A stretch of DNA of 64,000 nt from Bacteriovoracaceae bacterium. GTDB lineage: Bacteria; Bdellovibrionota; Bacteriovoracia; Bacteriovoracales; Bacteriovoracaceae. A program made the position numbers and the translations under genes. The notes beneath the pieces were generated by a model, which ran no database searches, was not told the DNA's origin, and saw only the letters and a program-made list of their open reading frames with translations. Below are positions 9,922 through 20,712 of the stretch, one piece after another. The stretch covers positions 28,942 to 92,941 of the forward strand of contig JBFGZE010000004.1 of NCBI GenBank assembly GCA_041586955.1, written 5' to 3'. Each line of letters opens with the position of its first letter. The first letter of the stretch is position 1.

Positions 9922-9944
9922 CGCTGCAACTCCTGTCTTACCTA

Positions 9945-10964
9945 CTATTCAGCGTTTTTCTCTTGAGCTTCCTTGAGAATATTATCTACTTTCATCCCTA
10001 AGCCTAATCCCATCTGGGCTAAAATTTCTTTAATTTCGTTCAATGATTTACGACCAAAGTTTTTGGTGCGCAACATCTCGCCCTCTGTCTTTGAAACCAA
10101 CTCATAGATATACTTGATATTGGCATTCTGTAGACAGTTAGCTGAACGAACAGAAAGCTCTAATTCACTAACTGGTTTTAATAAAGCATTATTAGTTGTG
10201 GATTGTGTCTGCTGCGGCTTGCTTTCCATTCTAGCGACTTCTTCCTCGTCTTCAAAATTTAAGAAAACAGCAAGCTGATCCCTTAAGATCTTGGCAGAAA
10301 AAGCGACAGCATCAGCTGGCTCAATACCAGAGTTCGTCCACACTTCTAAAGTTAACTTATCATAATCAGTTCTTTTTCCAACTCTAGAGTTCGTTACTGT
10401 GTAATTTACTCTATGCACTGGCGAAAAAAGTGTATCGATAAAGATCCAACCTACTGGTAGATCATACTCTTCCTTATTATCCAGCGCCGTAACATAACCT
10501 TTACCACGAGCTATTTTTAATTCTAGGCGGATAGATCCACCAGAACTAATGTTTGCAATAACATGATCTGGGTTAAGTACTTCAACGTTGTTATTTTCCT
10601 CAATGTCAGCACCTGTAACAGGGCCTTCACCAGTTTTTTCCAGCGTTAAGATAACGTCTTCTTTCCCTTTCAGCTTAAACCTAACCTCTTTAAGGTTAAG
10701 AATAATTTCTGAAACTTCTTCTTTAACGTTATTAATGGTACCAAATTCGTGCTCAACGCCATCAATACGAATGGCAACAATCCCAGCACCCTGAAGAGAA
10801 GATAACAAAACCCTTCTCAAAGAGTTACCTAGAGTTTGTCCATATCCTCTCTCTAACGGCTTGGCGACAAATTTGCCATATGAAGAGGACAGTGAATCCG
10901 TGTCAGCTTCAAGAGCCACTGGCCGAATCATACTTGTCCAATTTTTTGCTATGTAGTTGTCCAT
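9945..10964 (-). CDS. rpoA: RNA polymerase alpha subunit
   Basis: [43 protein letters not shown]. Confidence 0.98.
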   Translation of the reverse strand: MDNYIAKNWTSMIRPVALEADTDSLSSSYGKFVAKPLERGYGQTLGNSLRRVLLSSLQGAGIVAIRIDGVEHEFGTINNVKEEVSEIILNLKEVRFKLKGKEDVILTLEKTGEGPVTGADIEENNNVEVLNPDHVIANISSGGSIRLELKIARGKGYVTALDNKEEYDLPVGWIFIDTLFSPVHRVNYTVTNSRVGKRTDYDKLTLEVWTNSGIEPADAVAFSAKILRDQLAVFLNFEDEEEVARMESKPQQTQSTTNNALLKPVSELELSVRSANCLQNANIKYIYELVSKTEGEMLRTKNFGRKSLNEIKEILAQMGLGLGMKVDNILKEAQEKNAE

Positions 10965-10985
10965 CTGTGGCGACTCCTTAAATAA

Positions 10986-11372
10986 TTAAACTCTTCTTCT
11001 TTTAGGTGCTCGACATCCATTATGCGGGATCGGACTTCTATCTGCAACAGAAGTAATCCTTAAACCAGCACTTAAAAGCGCACGAATAGCGTTTTCACGC
11101 CCCGCGCCAGGACCCTTAACTCGAACATCTACTGATGATAAGCCGTGCTCCATCGCCTTTTTGGCCGCCTCAACAGAAGCTGTCTGAGCGGCAAACGGGG
11201 TCGACTTCTTCGAACCTCTAAAGCCCAACTGACCAGCCGAGGCCCAAGATAATGCATTCCCCTGAGGATCCGTAAAAGTCACAATTGTATTATTAAAAGA
11301 TGCCTGAATATGGCAAATACCATGTGTAACATTCTTTTTAACTTTTTTCTTATTAGATACTTTCTTAACCAT
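10986..11372 (-). CDS. rpsK: 30S ribosomal protein S11
   Basis: [21 protein letters not shown]. Confidence 0.98.
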   Translation of the reverse strand: MVKKVSNKKKVKKNVTHGICHIQASFNNTIVTFTDPQGNALSWASAGQLGFRGSKKSTPFAAQTASVEAAKKAMEHGLSSVDVRVKGPGAGRENAIRALLSAGLRITSVADRSPIPHNGCRAPKRRRV

Positions 11373-11386
11373 GTCCGCCTCCGAAA

Positions 11387-11770
11387 TTACTTCATCTGTT
11401 TAACAGATTTCTTACCAGCAATTGCAGTCGCTGGACCCTTTCTAGTACGAGCGTTAGTAGAAGTTCTTTGGCCGCGAACAGGAAGTCCTCTTCTGTGCCT
11501 AATCCCTCTATAACAACTCATATCTTTGAGGCGTTTAATGTTTAACCCAACTTCTCTTCTAAGATCACCTTCGACCTTGTATTCATCTTCAAGAATACGA
11601 CGAATCGTCTGAACTTCTTCCTCGTTCAAATCATTAGAAATTTTATTTGGATCGATGTTTGATTTGCCCAATACTTCAAGGGCAACTGTTGGTCCAACTC
11701 CGTAGATAGATCTTAAAGCTATTTTCATAACTTTATTTCTAGGAATATCAACACCAAGAATACGCGCCAT
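11387..11770 (-). CDS. rpsM: 30S ribosomal protein S13
   Basis: [27 protein letters not shown]. Confidence 0.98.
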   Translation of the reverse strand: MARILGVDIPRNKVMKIALRSIYGVGPTVALEVLGKSNIDPNKISNDLNEEEVQTIRRILEDEYKVEGDLRREVGLNIKRLKDMSCYRGIRHRRGLPVRGQRTSTNARTRKGPATAIAGKKSVKQMK

Positions 11771-11799
11771 AGCTACACTCCTACTCGATTAATTTTAAA

Positions 11800-11916
11800 T
11801 TAACCTTGTCTTTGTTTATGTTTAGGGTTTGTTTTACAAATTACTCGTAAAACACCTTTTCTCTTAATAACTTCACAATTTTTACACATTCTTTTTACTG
11901 AAGCTCTAACTTTCAT
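11800..11916 (-). CDS. rpmJ: 50S ribosomal protein L36 (38 aa, zinc-ribbon form; not in the ORF track)
   Basis: Manual translation [38 protein letters not shown]. Confidence 0.97.
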   Translation of the reverse strand: MKVRASVKRMCKNCEVIKRKGVLRVICKTNPKHKQRQG

Positions 11917-11930
11917 ACCACACCTTCGCG

Positions 11931-12155
11931 TTATTTACCTTTACTTCTATATATAATGCGACCTTTGCTTAGATCGTACTTACTTATTTCAACTAAAACA
12001 CGGTCGCCGGGTAAAATTTTAATAAAATGCATTCTCATTTTACCGCTTATATGAGCGATAATATGATGACCATTTGGTAATTTTACCTTGAACTTTGTGT
12101 TAGGAAGGAGCTCTTTAACCTCTCCTTCAACTTCAATAACATCTTGATCTGCCAT
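11931..12155 (-). CDS. infA: Translation initiation factor IF-1
   Basis: [26 protein letters not shown]. Confidence 0.98.
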   Translation of the reverse strand: MADQDVIEVEGEVKELLPNTKFKVKLPNGHHIIAHISGKMRMHFIKILPGDRVLVEISKYDLSKGRIIYRSKGK

Positions 12156-12179
12156 AATTAGTCCAAATTAACTCTGGCT

Positions 12180-12208
12180 TATATAACCGAGTCAATACCT
12201 CATTGCAA
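12180..12208 (-). promoter_or_regulatory. Putative sigma70 promoter for infA and the alpha operon
   Basis: TTGCAA-N17-TATATA on the minus strand in the adk-infA gap. Confidence 0.45.
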
Positions 12209-12221
12209 GAAAATATTTAAT

Positions 12222-12860
12222 TTATTTTATTTTTTCAATTAATTCACTAAACACTACGTCAGGCGCCCTTGAGGCGTCAAGACGACACAGCCTCCCTGAT
12301 TCTTCATAATAAGAAAGGATTGGCCCTATAGTATCAGAAAAGACAGATAACCTTGTCCTAACAGTATCTTCATTATCGTCTTTGCGCTGCTTAAGCTCTG
12401 AGGAGCCGCATTTATCGCATACACCCTCATTGACCGGAGGCTTATACAAAAGATTATAAATTTCACCACAGCCACCGCAGGTTCTGCGATTGACAAGGCG
12501 TTGAGTCAATAGCTCCAGGTCGAGATCAAAAAATATGGCGACTGAATCTGTACCTTTGAGAACATGGTCATCTAATAATTTCGCCTGCTCTCTATTACGA
12601 GGAAAACCGTCAAAAATATAACTATTAGAAACAAGATCACAATTAGCATTAAGAAGCTCGAGCACAGTTTGATCATCGACCAACTTACCAGCATTCATAA
12701 CCTCGGTGACCTTCACACCAAGCTCACTCCCAGACTGGATTTCACTTCTCAAAAGGTCCCCTGTTGAAAGATGACCAAAGGAATAACCTGTGACCAGTCT
12801 TTTGGCCTGGGTTCCCTTTCCTGAGCCCGGAGCCCCTAGTAAAATTAGCTGCTTAGCCAT
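12222..12860 (-). CDS. adk: Adenylate kinase (four-Cys zinc LID)
   Basis: GAPGSGKGTQ, STGDLLR, DGFPR, CGGC...CDKC. Confidence 0.97.
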   Translation of the reverse strand: MAKQLILLGAPGSGKGTQAKRLVTGYSFGHLSTGDLLRSEIQSGSELGVKVTEVMNAGKLVDDQTVLELLNANCDLVSNSYIFDGFPRNREQAKLLDDHVLKGTDSVAIFFDLDLELLTQRLVNRRTCGGCGEIYNLLYKPPVNEGVCDKCGSSELKQRKDDNEDTVRTRLSVFSDTIGPILSYYEESGRLCRLDASRAPDVVFSELIEKIK

Positions 12861-14170
12861 TAAAACCTTCTGTTGCTTCCGCTATACTTACCCTTTGACT
12901 TGTGAGAAGTCTCATAACGGTCAGCATATAGGAAAGATTGGATATTCATCATTACTCTCATAGACACACTTACCAAAATTAACAAGGCAGTGCCCCCAAA
13001 GCGAGTGTCAGCGCCAGTAATTATGGTTGGAAATATACAGATAACCACAAGAAACAGGGCGCCAAAAAAGGTCAATCGATTAAGGAGGTAGTCTAAATAT
13101 TCTTTTGTTTTAGTGCCAGGGCGAATCCCTGGTATAAAAGCATTATTTTTCTGAAGCATTTCAGACACTTTCTTTGTTTTAAATTGAATAGGAGCATAAA
13201 AATACGTCATGTAAACAATTAGCATTGCAAAGAAAATATTAAAGAGAATCTGTCCTGGATAAAGGGACTGCTGTATAACTTCTAAATAAGGCTTAAGTGA
13301 GCTGTTTTGACCAACAAAACTGGCCATCGTAGCAGGTGCAGCCAATAGCGATGAGGCAAGGATTGGCGGCATTACTCCACCTGTATCAACACGCATAGGG
13401 AGGTTTTGCGACCCTCCATAAACACGATTATGAACAACCTTTTTGGCGAATTGAACAGGCACGCTCCTAAAGGCCCTCTCGATGAAGGCAACGACATAAA
13501 AGCCGATTATAATAACACCAAAACTTAGGAGTAAATTAAAGCCTGACAATTCTCCATTTTGAAATAAGGTAATTTTTTGGAGAACTTCAGATGGCAACTC
13601 AACAGCAATACCAGCGAAAATAATTAGTGAAACACCATTCTCAAGACCAAACTCTGTAATTCTTTCACCGAGCCAAAGCAAGAACATAGTCCCACCAGCG
13701 AGTGTAATCATCGTTGTAAGCCTAAACAACATTCCTGGATCAGGAATCACGGGCACGCCACCAGGACTCTTAAAAGTTTCAAATACTGCTGCTAATCCAT
13801 AACCCTGAACGCAGCAAAGAAGAACCGTTGCATAGCGCGTCCACTTCTGGATTTTTTTATGACCATCTGAATCATCCTGTAGCTCTGCTAGCTGCGGAAT
13901 GACCTCACCCAGAAGGCTAAAAATAATACTTGTTGTAATATAGGGCATAATCCCTAAAGCAAGTATGGAAAGCCTTTTAAAAGCTCCACCAGAGAAAGTA
14001 TTGATCAAATCAAAAATACCGCCACCGGATTCGGCAAAGTAGGATTGAATCGCAGCGCCATCTACACCAGGAACGGGTATTTGCGCTGCCATTCTATATA
14101 CAAATAATAATAAAAGCGTAAAAAAGATCTTTTTCTTGAGCTCTTCAATTTTTCCTTGAGCAGATGACAT
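12860..14170 (-). CDS. secY: Protein translocase subunit SecY
   Basis: LGIMPYIT, WLGERITE, NGVSLII, FIPGIRPG, FGGT; multi-TM. Confidence 0.97.
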   Translation of the reverse strand: MSSAQGKIEELKKKIFFTLLLLFVYRMAAQIPVPGVDGAAIQSYFAESGGGIFDLINTFSGGAFKRLSILALGIMPYITTSIIFSLLGEVIPQLAELQDDSDGHKKIQKWTRYATVLLCCVQGYGLAAVFETFKSPGGVPVIPDPGMLFRLTTMITLAGGTMFLLWLGERITEFGLENGVSLIIFAGIAVELPSEVLQKITLFQNGELSGFNLLLSFGVIIIGFYVVAFIERAFRSVPVQFAKKVVHNRVYGGSQNLPMRVDTGGVMPPILASSLLAAPATMASFVGQNSSLKPYLEVIQQSLYPGQILFNIFFAMLIVYMTYFYAPIQFKTKKVSEMLQKNNAFIPGIRPGTKTKEYLDYLLNRLTFFGALFLVVICIFPTIITGADTRFGGTALLILVSVSMRVMMNIQSFLYADRYETSHKSKGKYSGSNRRF

Positions 14171-14181
14171 CCCTGACTATC

Positions 14182-14637
14182 CTATTTTAAGGTTTTTATC
14201 TCGCCGCCAGCTTTTTCAATAGCAGCAAGGGCTGTCTTTGAAAATTTATCAATATTAACAAATGTTAATTTCTTAGAAATTTCACCATTTGCCAATATCT
14301 TAATGCGACGCCTTTTATCTTGCCCGTTTAATAATCCTTTTTCAATAAGAGTTTCACGACTCACATCGCCAGACTCAAATTTTGCATCAATATCATTAAG
14401 ACCAACAATTGCATAATCAACTCTAAAGGGAGCATTTTTAAACCCTCTTTTAGGCAAACGCATGTAAAGAGGCATTGCGCCACCTTCAAAGCCAGTTCTT
14501 ACACCACCGCCAGAGCGAGCTTTCTGGCCTTTATGTCCCTTGCCAGCTTGAGTACCTTGTCCAGAACCTTGGCCTCGGCCGATTCTTTTAGTATCTCTAT
14601 GTGCACCAGGGCTTGATAAATTATTTAATGTCAACAT
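14182..14637 (-). CDS. rplO: 50S ribosomal protein L15
   Basis: GRGQGSG, GHKGQKARSG, GFEGG, RLPKRGF. Confidence 0.98.
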   Translation of the reverse strand: MLTLNNLSSPGAHRDTKRIGRGQGSGQGTQAGKGHKGQKARSGGGVRTGFEGGAMPLYMRLPKRGFKNAPFRVDYAIVGLNDIDAKFESGDVSRETLIEKGLLNGQDKRRRIKILANGEISKKLTFVNIDKFSKTALAAIEKAGGEIKTLK

Positions 14638-14656
14638 ATCTTCCTCTCAATCCAGC

Positions 14657-14839
14657 TTATTCATTAATTTCGAGAAGGTGAATAATTTTTTTAATCATTC
14701 CCCTAACCGCGGGTGTGTTTTCCAATGTTTTCTTAGTTCCGACTTTTCTTAAGCCCAAGCCGCGAACATTAGCTTTCTGTCTATCATTAGTACCAATAAG
14801 ACTTTTTTTAAGTGTTACTGTAATAGTTTTACTCGTCAT
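14657..14839 (-). CDS. rpmD: 50S ribosomal protein L30
   Basis: LGLRK, NTPAVRGMI. Start at ATG 14839 after GGAG. Confidence 0.95.
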   Translation of the reverse strand: MTSKTITVTLKKSLIGTNDRQKANVRGLGLRKVGTKKTLENTPAVRGMIKKIIHLLEINE

Positions 14840-14852
14840 GGTTAACTCCAAC

Positions 14853-15467
14853 CTATTTAATTCTTAAACCACCAGCTTCTTTACCACGAGCTTGAGCTAC
14901 TTCATCAACTGAGCGAAGTTGCTTTAAGGCTTGGAAAGTAGCTTTAACAATATTATGAGGGTTATTTCCTCGTAAAGACTTGGTTAGAACATTTCTAACA
15001 CCTGCTAATTCTAAAATAGAGCGACAAGCACCCGCTGCTTTAACACCAGTACCATTAGCAGCTGGTTTAAATAAAATTTTAGCGGCATCAAACTCACCCA
15101 ACACTTCATGAGGAACTGTACCTCTATCGAGAGGGACGTTAATCATTTTCTTTTGAGCAGCTTGAGTTGCTTTTCTAATCGCTTCGGGAACTTCTTTCGC
15201 TTTACCAAGCCCGTAGCCTACACGACCTTTTTTATCACCAACGATCATTAGGGCGCTGAAAGAAAATCTTCTACCACCCTTAACAACTTTAGCAACGCGA
15301 TTAACCGCTACAACTCTTTCTTCAAACTCAGGAGCTTGAGTTGGTTGCTTGCTAGCGCGACGAGGAACTGGTTTTTTACGTCCACCCTTCTTCTCTTTGG
15401 CCTCAGCTTCTACTGGCTGAATATTCTCTTCCACTTTAGTCTCTTCTGTTTTAGTTTCTTCTGTCAT
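14853..15467 (-). CDS. rpsE: 30S ribosomal protein S5 with an acidic N-terminal extension
   Basis: [27 protein letters not shown]. Start at ATG 15467. Confidence 0.97.
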   Translation of the reverse strand: MTEETKTEETKVEENIQPVEAEAKEKKGGRKKPVPRRASKQPTQAPEFEERVVAVNRVAKVVKGGRRFSFSALMIVGDKKGRVGYGLGKAKEVPEAIRKATQAAQKKMINVPLDRGTVPHEVLGEFDAAKILFKPAANGTGVKAAGACRSILELAGVRNVLTKSLRGNNPHNIVKATFQALKQLRSVDEVAQARGKEAGGLRIK

Positions 15468-15479
15468 GACCAAATCCTC

Positions 15480-15857
15480 TTAGAGTTGAATTCCATTTTC
15501 TCGGATAGCCTCAGCAACTGCGGCCACTACACCATGGTATTTATTTCCAGCACGGTCAAATACTGCATTAGTAAAATTTCCGTCTTTTAATTTATCCGCG
15601 ACTGCAGCTCCGACGAGTTTAGCCCCTTCTTTGTTGCAAGTTGCACCTTTAACACCATTTTTGCCAAAAGTTTGTACAGAAAAAAGAGTTTTTCCCTCTT
15701 GATCATTAACTACCTGAACAAAAATATTTTTATTTGATTTGGTAACACATACTCTTGGTCGTTCACTGCTACCATTTACTTTTTTTCTAATGAAGAGCTT
15801 TCTTCTAATTCGCTTAGCTGATTTTGCACTTCTAATTTTTCCAATTGGCTTTCTCAT
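15480..15857 (-). CDS. rplR: 50S ribosomal protein L18
   Basis: RPRV, VFDRAGNKYHG. Confidence 0.97.
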   Translation of the reverse strand: MRKPIGKIRSAKSAKRIRRKLFIRKKVNGSSERPRVCVTKSNKNIFVQVVNDQEGKTLFSVQTFGKNGVKGATCNKEGAKLVGAAVADKLKDGNFTNAVFDRAGNKYHGVVAAVAEAIRENGIQL

Positions 15858-15879
15858 AACTGCTACCTTATTAAACTAA

Positions 15880-16419
15880 TTATTTTTTAGCACCAGACTT
15901 ACCAGCTTTTCTGATAATTGTTTCGTCTGAGTATTTAACACCTTTACCTTTGTAAGGTTCTGGTGGTCTAAAAGATCTAACTTTTGCAGCAGCAAAACCA
16001 ACAAGTTCTTTACTGCAGCCAGAGATAGCAATTGTGTTTTTATCAACTTTCGCTGTAACACCCTCTGGTAAGTTATAATCGATTGGATGACTGTAACCTA
16101 GGTTTAATACAAGCACATCGCCTTTAACCGCAGCTTTATAACCAACGCCGTTAAATTCAAGTGTTTTAGTAAACCCTTCACTTACACCGACAACCATATT
16201 ATTAATTAGAGTTCTGGCAGTGCCCCACATAGAACGAGCTACTTTCGTTTCATTTATAGGTGCAACAACTACCCTCTTGTCCTCTAATTTTATCGTAACA
16301 GTGTCTGCAAAAGTATAATCTAGTTGTCCCTTGGGACCTTTCACGTTTACTGTCATGCCGTCAACTTTAACATCAACTTTTTCAGGAATTTCTACAGGCA
16401 ATTTTCCAATTCTTGACAT
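15880..16419 (-). CDS. rplF: 50S ribosomal protein L6
   Basis: MSRIGK, LGYSHP, RPPEPYKGKG. Confidence 0.98.
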   Translation of the reverse strand: MSRIGKLPVEIPEKVDVKVDGMTVNVKGPKGQLDYTFADTVTIKLEDKRVVVAPINETKVARSMWGTARTLINNMVVGVSEGFTKTLEFNGVGYKAAVKGDVLVLNLGYSHPIDYNLPEGVTAKVDKNTIAISGCSKELVGFAAAKVRSFRPPEPYKGKGVKYSDETIIRKAGKSGAKK

Positions 16420-16452
16420 AGCCTTAACCTCTTTATCTAGTTGGCAAACTTA

Positions 16453-16836
16453 TTACCAAACATTACACAAAACTTCACCACCAACATTCTTGCTCTTGGC
16501 TTCACGCGAAGACATAACCCCGCAAGATGTTGAAATAATACTTGTACCTAAACCACTTAAGACTCTAGGTAAGTTATTATAGCCTCTATATTGTCTTAAG
16601 CCAGGCTTCGAAAAGCGCTGAATTCCAACAATAGCATCCTCTTTTAAAAGGACTTTAATATTAATATCGCTCTTCGACTTAGCAATAATCTTAAAAGAGC
16701 GAATATAACCTTCGTCTTTTAGAACCTTGCATACGTTAGCTTTTAATTTACTGGCAGGAAACTCAACACGGTCGTGACCAGCACTAATGGCGTTGCGAAT
16801 TCTTGTTATCATATCTGCAATAGGGTCTGTCATCAT
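16453..16836 (-). CDS. rpsH: 30S ribosomal protein S8
   Basis: TDPIADMITRIRNA, SKPGLRQY, GGEVLC. Confidence 0.97.
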   Translation of the reverse strand: MMTDPIADMITRIRNAISAGHDRVEFPASKLKANVCKVLKDEGYIRSFKIIAKSKSDINIKVLLKEDAIVGIQRFSKPGLRQYRGYNNLPRVLSGLGTSIISTSCGVMSSREAKSKNVGGEVLCNVW

Positions 16837-16852
16837 AGCTCAACTCCTCAAC

Positions 16853-17158
16853 TTACCAGCTAGATTTTGTTACACCAGGAATCATTCCTTTTAAAGCCAA
16901 TTCTCTAAAAGCAATTCTGGATAAACGGAAAGTACGGTAAAAACCTCTTGAACGCCCTGTCAGCTCACAACGATTTCTTACGCGAACATCACTTGAGTTC
17001 TTTGGTAACCGCTGAAGTTTCATCTGAGCTTCAAACCTTTCTTCTTCAGAAAGTTTTTCATTTCTTACTTTCTTTCTTAATTCTTGACGAAGAACTCTGT
17101 GCTTTGCCGCCAATTTCTTCTTTTTTTCATTACTAACAATTTTTGCTAATCTAGCCAT
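16853..17158 (-). CDS. rpsN: 30S ribosomal protein S14, long (101 aa) non-zinc form
   Basis: [31 protein letters not shown]; only one Cys. Confidence 0.97.
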   Translation of the reverse strand: MARLAKIVSNEKKKKLAAKHRVLRQELRKKVRNEKLSEEERFEAQMKLQRLPKNSSDVRVRNRCELTGRSRGFYRTFRLSRIAFRELALKGMIPGVTKSSW

Positions 17159-17180
17159 TGTATCTTCCCTTTCCTTATTA

Positions 17181-17720
17181 TTAACTTTTAAAAGGCATAC
17201 CTAATTGAGTCAGAAGCTCGCGCCCTTCCTCATTAGTATTGGCAGTCGTCACAATAGTGATCCCCATACCACGAACTTTATCAATTTTATCGTAGTTAAT
17301 TTCGGGAAAGATGATTTGCTCTTTCAATCCCATATTATAATTTCCCTTTCCGTCGAATCCCTTAGCTGAAACACCTCTAAAGTCTCTCACTCTTGGAAGA
17401 GAAAAGGATACTAGGCGATCAAGAAATTCATACATTCTCTCACCACGAAGAGTGACCGCTGCGCCTAGCGCCATGCCTTCTCTTACCTTAAATGAGGCAA
17501 CGGATTTCTTTGCTCTTGAAGTAACTGCCTTCTGGCCTGTGATAGCTGCCAAATCATTTTTAATACTTTCAACGACCTTTGAGTTCGTGACAGCATCTTT
17601 AGTGACACAGTTAATTACAATTTTCTCAAGCTTAGGAATCATGTTTACATTTTTATAACCAAACTTTTCACCTAAGGCTTGCTTGATACCATTATTGTAT
17701 TTTTCTTTTAACCTACTCAT
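17181..17720 (-). CDS. rplE: 50S ribosomal protein L5
   Basis: [28 protein letters not shown]. Start at ATG 17720. Confidence 0.98.
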   Translation of the reverse strand: MSRLKEKYNNGIKQALGEKFGYKNVNMIPKLEKIVINCVTKDAVTNSKVVESIKNDLAAITGQKAVTSRAKKSVASFKVREGMALGAAVTLRGERMYEFLDRLVSFSLPRVRDFRGVSAKGFDGKGNYNMGLKEQIIFPEINYDKIDKVRGMGITIVTTANTNEEGRELLTQLGMPFKS

Positions 17721-17738
17721 AATCAAATCGCCTTTAAA

Positions 17739-18050
17739 TTAGTTAAGAACAGTTCCACAAGCAGCAGCAACTCTAACCGGCTTACCGTCTTTTATTTCAA
17801 TTTTTACTCTCGTAGCTTTTTTTGTTTTAGGGCTTACAACAGCAATATTTGAAGCATGAAGAGGCACTTCCACTTCAGTAATTCCACCAGCAGGATTTTC
17901 CTGTGTTGGTTTTACAGCCTTTTTAACCAAATTAACACCTGAGACCAAGACCTTATTTCTTTTGCTAAAGATTTTGGCAACAGTTCCGGTTTTACCCTTC
18001 TCTTTTCCTGCCAAAACAACCACTTCATCTTTTACTTTTAGCTTTTGCAT
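17739..18050 (-). CDS. rplX: 50S ribosomal protein L24
   Basis: KOW motif DEVVVLAGKEKGKTG, PLHASN. Confidence 0.97.
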   Translation of the reverse strand: MQKLKVKDEVVVLAGKEKGKTGTVAKIFSKRNKVLVSGVNLVKKAVKPTQENPAGGITEVEVPLHASNIAVVSPKTKKATRVKIEIKDGKPVRVAAACGTVLN

Positions 18051-18063
18051 TTCGCCACCTTAT

Positions 18064-18432
18064 TTATAATACTTCTGGAGCAAGAGAACAGATTTTAGTG
18101 AAGTTCCTTCCTCTTAATTCACGGGCAACTGGCCCAAAAATACGAGTACCAGAAGGCTCATTATTATTATTGAGGATAACAACACTATTATTATCAAACC
18201 GAATATAGGATCCATCTTCTCTTCTTATGGGGTAAGCAGTTCGGACAATCACTGCCTTCTTTACTTCACCTTTTTTAATTTTGCCACCAGGCAATGCTTG
18301 TTGAACAGCTACGACGATGATATCGCCCAAGCCAGCTGTCATCCTCTTAGAACCACCCAACACTTTAATACACTTGACCTGTTTAGCCCCTGAGTTATCA
18401 GCAACATCTAACTTTGTCTGCATCTGAATCAT
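18064..18432 (-). CDS. rplN: 50S ribosomal protein L14
   Basis: [27 protein letters not shown]. Confidence 0.98.
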   Translation of the reverse strand: MIQMQTKLDVADNSGAKQVKCIKVLGGSKRMTAGLGDIIVVAVQQALPGGKIKKGEVKKAVIVRTAYPIRREDGSYIRFDNNSVVILNNNNEPSGTRIFGPVARELRGRNFTKICSLAPEVL

Positions 18433-18476
18433 AACTTGCCTCGCAAATTAACTTATATTTATTTTAAATAAATTAA

Positions 18477-18731
18477 TTAATTAATATTTAATAATTCCCA
18501 ATTCTTAAGCTTCGAAAAAGGTCTTGATTCAATGATCGTAACCTTGTCACCAACTTGGGCCTTATTAGTAACATCATGTGCATGGTATTTTTTAGACTTG
18601 GAAACGAACTTATTATACGTTCCATGCTTATACCTTCTAATGACATTGACAACAATTGTCTTGTCATTTCCGGCGGTTACCACGACACCCTCTAACTTTC
18701 TTTTAAACTTTTTAACATCAGCGTTGCTCAT
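18477..18731 (-). CDS. rpsQ: 30S ribosomal protein S17
   Basis: KTIVV, KKYHAHD, GDKVTIIESRPFSK. Confidence 0.97.
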   Translation of the reverse strand: MSNADVKKFKRKLEGVVVTAGNDKTIVVNVIRRYKHGTYNKFVSKSKKYHAHDVTNKAQVGDKVTIIESRPFSKLKNWELLNIN

Positions 18732-18748
18732 ATCTAAATCTCGCTATT

Positions 18749-18949
18749 TTAAGAATTCTTATTATTTTTTGCTGTCATAAGTCGAGCAATATTTTTCTTA
18801 ATAGTCTTAAGTGCTTGAGGATTTTCGATACCACTGGTAGTTCTTTGCATCTTCAAGTTAAAATATTCTCTTCTCAATTCAACAACTTTAGCATCAACAG
18901 ACTTCGCATCTAGCTTCTGAACATCCGCATATTTCATAACTTCTGCCAT
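18749..18949 (-). CDS. rpmC: 50S ribosomal protein L29
   Basis: EYFNLKMQ, ENP, KKNIAR; canonical position. Confidence 0.93.
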   Translation of the reverse strand: MAEVMKYADVQKLDAKSVDAKVVELRREYFNLKMQRTTSGIENPQALKTIKKNIARLMTAKNNKNS

Positions 18950-18962
18950 AACAGCCTCACTT

Positions 18963-19382
18963 TTAAGAATTCGCTTCTTCTTTCTTAATAATTCTAGTTT
19001 TTACTGGGAGCTTATACATAGCCAACTTGAGAGCATCTACACTTAATTCTGGATTTTCGTGCTTGATTTCAAATAAAACACGCCCAGGCTTAATTACAGC
19101 AACCCAAGAGTCTGGAGAACCTTTCCCCTTACCCCTCCGAACCTCGGCTGGCTTTCTTGTTAAAACCTTATCAGGGAAGATTTTAATCCAGACATTACCA
19201 CCCCTCTTAATTTTACGGGTCATGGCAATACGCGCAGCTTCGATTTGACGGTTAGTAATATACCCACATGTGGTGGCTTGTATAGCAAATTCGCCGAAAG
19301 TGATAGTATTTCCACGGTAGGCTTTACCTTTCATACGACCTTTCTGCTGTTTACGCCACTTAACCTTTTTTGGACTTAACAT
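18963..19382 (-). CDS. rplP: 50S ribosomal protein L16
   Basis: [30 protein letters not shown]. Confidence 0.98.
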   Translation of the reverse strand: MLSPKKVKWRKQQKGRMKGKAYRGNTITFGEFAIQATTCGYITNRQIEAARIAMTRKIKRGGNVWIKIFPDKVLTRKPAEVRRGKGKGSPDSWVAVIKPGRVLFEIKHENPELSVDALKLAMYKLPVKTRIIKKEEANS

Positions 19383-19409
19383 TTTTTACCTCTGGTACTT
19401 AAGCATTAT

Positions 19410-20036
19410 TTATTTATAGATCTCACCCTTATAAACCCAAACCTTAACACCGATTACGCCGTAAGTAGTGTGGGCCTCTGCTGTATTGTAATCAATATCA
19501 GCGCGAAGAGTATGGAGAGGTACTTTTCTTTCAGAATATCCTTCAGCTCTTGCCATTTCGGCGCCTCCAAGGCGGCCGGCAGTTCTAACACGAATACCCT
19601 TTACTCCTGCTCTAAAGGCAGATTGAATAACCTTTTTCATTGCTCTTCTGAAAGCAACTCGCTTCTCAAGTTGAGCAGCAATGTTTTCAGCGATCAATTT
19701 TGCGTCAGCATCAGGTCTCTTAACTTCAGCGATATTGAAGATTAGAGTCCCTTTTGTTAACTTTTTAAGGTCACCACGAATTTTATCAATTCCAGTTCCC
19801 TTTTTTCCAATTACTACACCAGGCTTGGCCGTAAAAACGGTTACCTTAACCTGATCTGAAGTTCTAGAGATATCTACATTAGCGACTGACGCGTTTTTCA
19901 TGTTTTTGTCGACGTATTTTCTTATCGCCAAGTCTTCATGAAGAGCATCAGCATAGTTTTCCTTGGAATACCAATTTGAATGCCAACCTTTAATATAGCC
20001 TAATCTAAAACCGTAAGGATGTACTTTTTGTCCCAT
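19410..20036 (-). CDS. rpsC: 30S ribosomal protein S3
   Basis: MGQKVHPYGFRLG, GRLGGAEMAR, VPLHTLRADIDY. Confidence 0.98.
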   Translation of the reverse strand: MGQKVHPYGFRLGYIKGWHSNWYSKENYADALHEDLAIRKYVDKNMKNASVANVDISRTSDQVKVTVFTAKPGVVIGKKGTGIDKIRGDLKKLTKGTLIFNIAEVKRPDADAKLIAENIAAQLEKRVAFRRAMKKVIQSAFRAGVKGIRVRTAGRLGGAEMARAEGYSERKVPLHTLRADIDYNTAEAHTTYGVIGVKVWVYKGEIYK

Positions 20037-20046
20037 TATTTCCTTC

Positions 20047-20382
20047 CTATGCTTCTTTCAATTCAACAGTTACGTGACTTGTGCGTTTTCTAACTCTAAA
20101 TGCACGACCTTGAGCTCTTGGCTGAATACGCTTTAAAGTTGGTCCCTCATCAGCAAAAATAGTACTGATTACCAAATTGTCGATATCGTATTTATCAGAT
20201 TCGGTGGCTATGGCCAATCCACTATTAATTAGCTTTGTTAGCACGATTGCAATTTCTTTCTTTTGACAGAAACGTAAGATTTTTAAAGCTTCTGATGCTT
20301 TTTTATTTCTTACTAAATCGCAAACCTGGCGAACTTTTCTCGGCGCCACACCAACACGACTATTTTTAACTTTGATGGCCAT
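20047..20382 (-). CDS. rplV: 50S ribosomal protein L22
   Basis: PRKVR, DEGPTLKRIQPRAQGRA, RTSHVTV. Confidence 0.97.
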   Translation of the reverse strand: MAIKVKNSRVGVAPRKVRQVCDLVRNKKASEALKILRFCQKKEIAIVLTKLINSGLAIATESDKYDIDNLVISTIFADEGPTLKRIQPRAQGRAFRVRKRTSHVTVELKEA

Positions 20383-20416
20383 GAGACCTCTCCTCTTTCT
20401 TAATCTTAAGTTTTAA

Positions 20417-20695
20417 TTATTTTTTCTTTTTATCTGCACCGTGACCATAGAAGGTTCTTGTTAGTGCAAATTCACCCAATTTATGACCAATCATGTTGTC
20501 CGTAACGTAAACGGGAATAAATTTTTTGCCATTATGGACGGCAAAAGTTAATCCGATAAACTCAGGAATGATCGTTGATCTTCTCGACCATGTTTTAATT
20601 ACCTTGCTTGCTTTAGCAGAATCATCTTGCAAAGAAATTGCTTTCTTTAAAAGTGATTCGTCAACAAATGGTCCTTTTTTTAGTGAACGGGCCAT
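20417..20695 (-). CDS. rpsS: 30S ribosomal protein S19
   Basis: [22 protein letters not shown]. Confidence 0.98.
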   Translation of the reverse strand: MARSLKKGPFVDESLLKKAISLQDDSAKASKVIKTWSRRSTIIPEFIGLTFAVHNGKKFIPVYVTDNMIGHKLGEFALTRTFYGHGADKKKK

Positions 20696-20712
20696 ATACT
20701 TCTCCCTAACGT

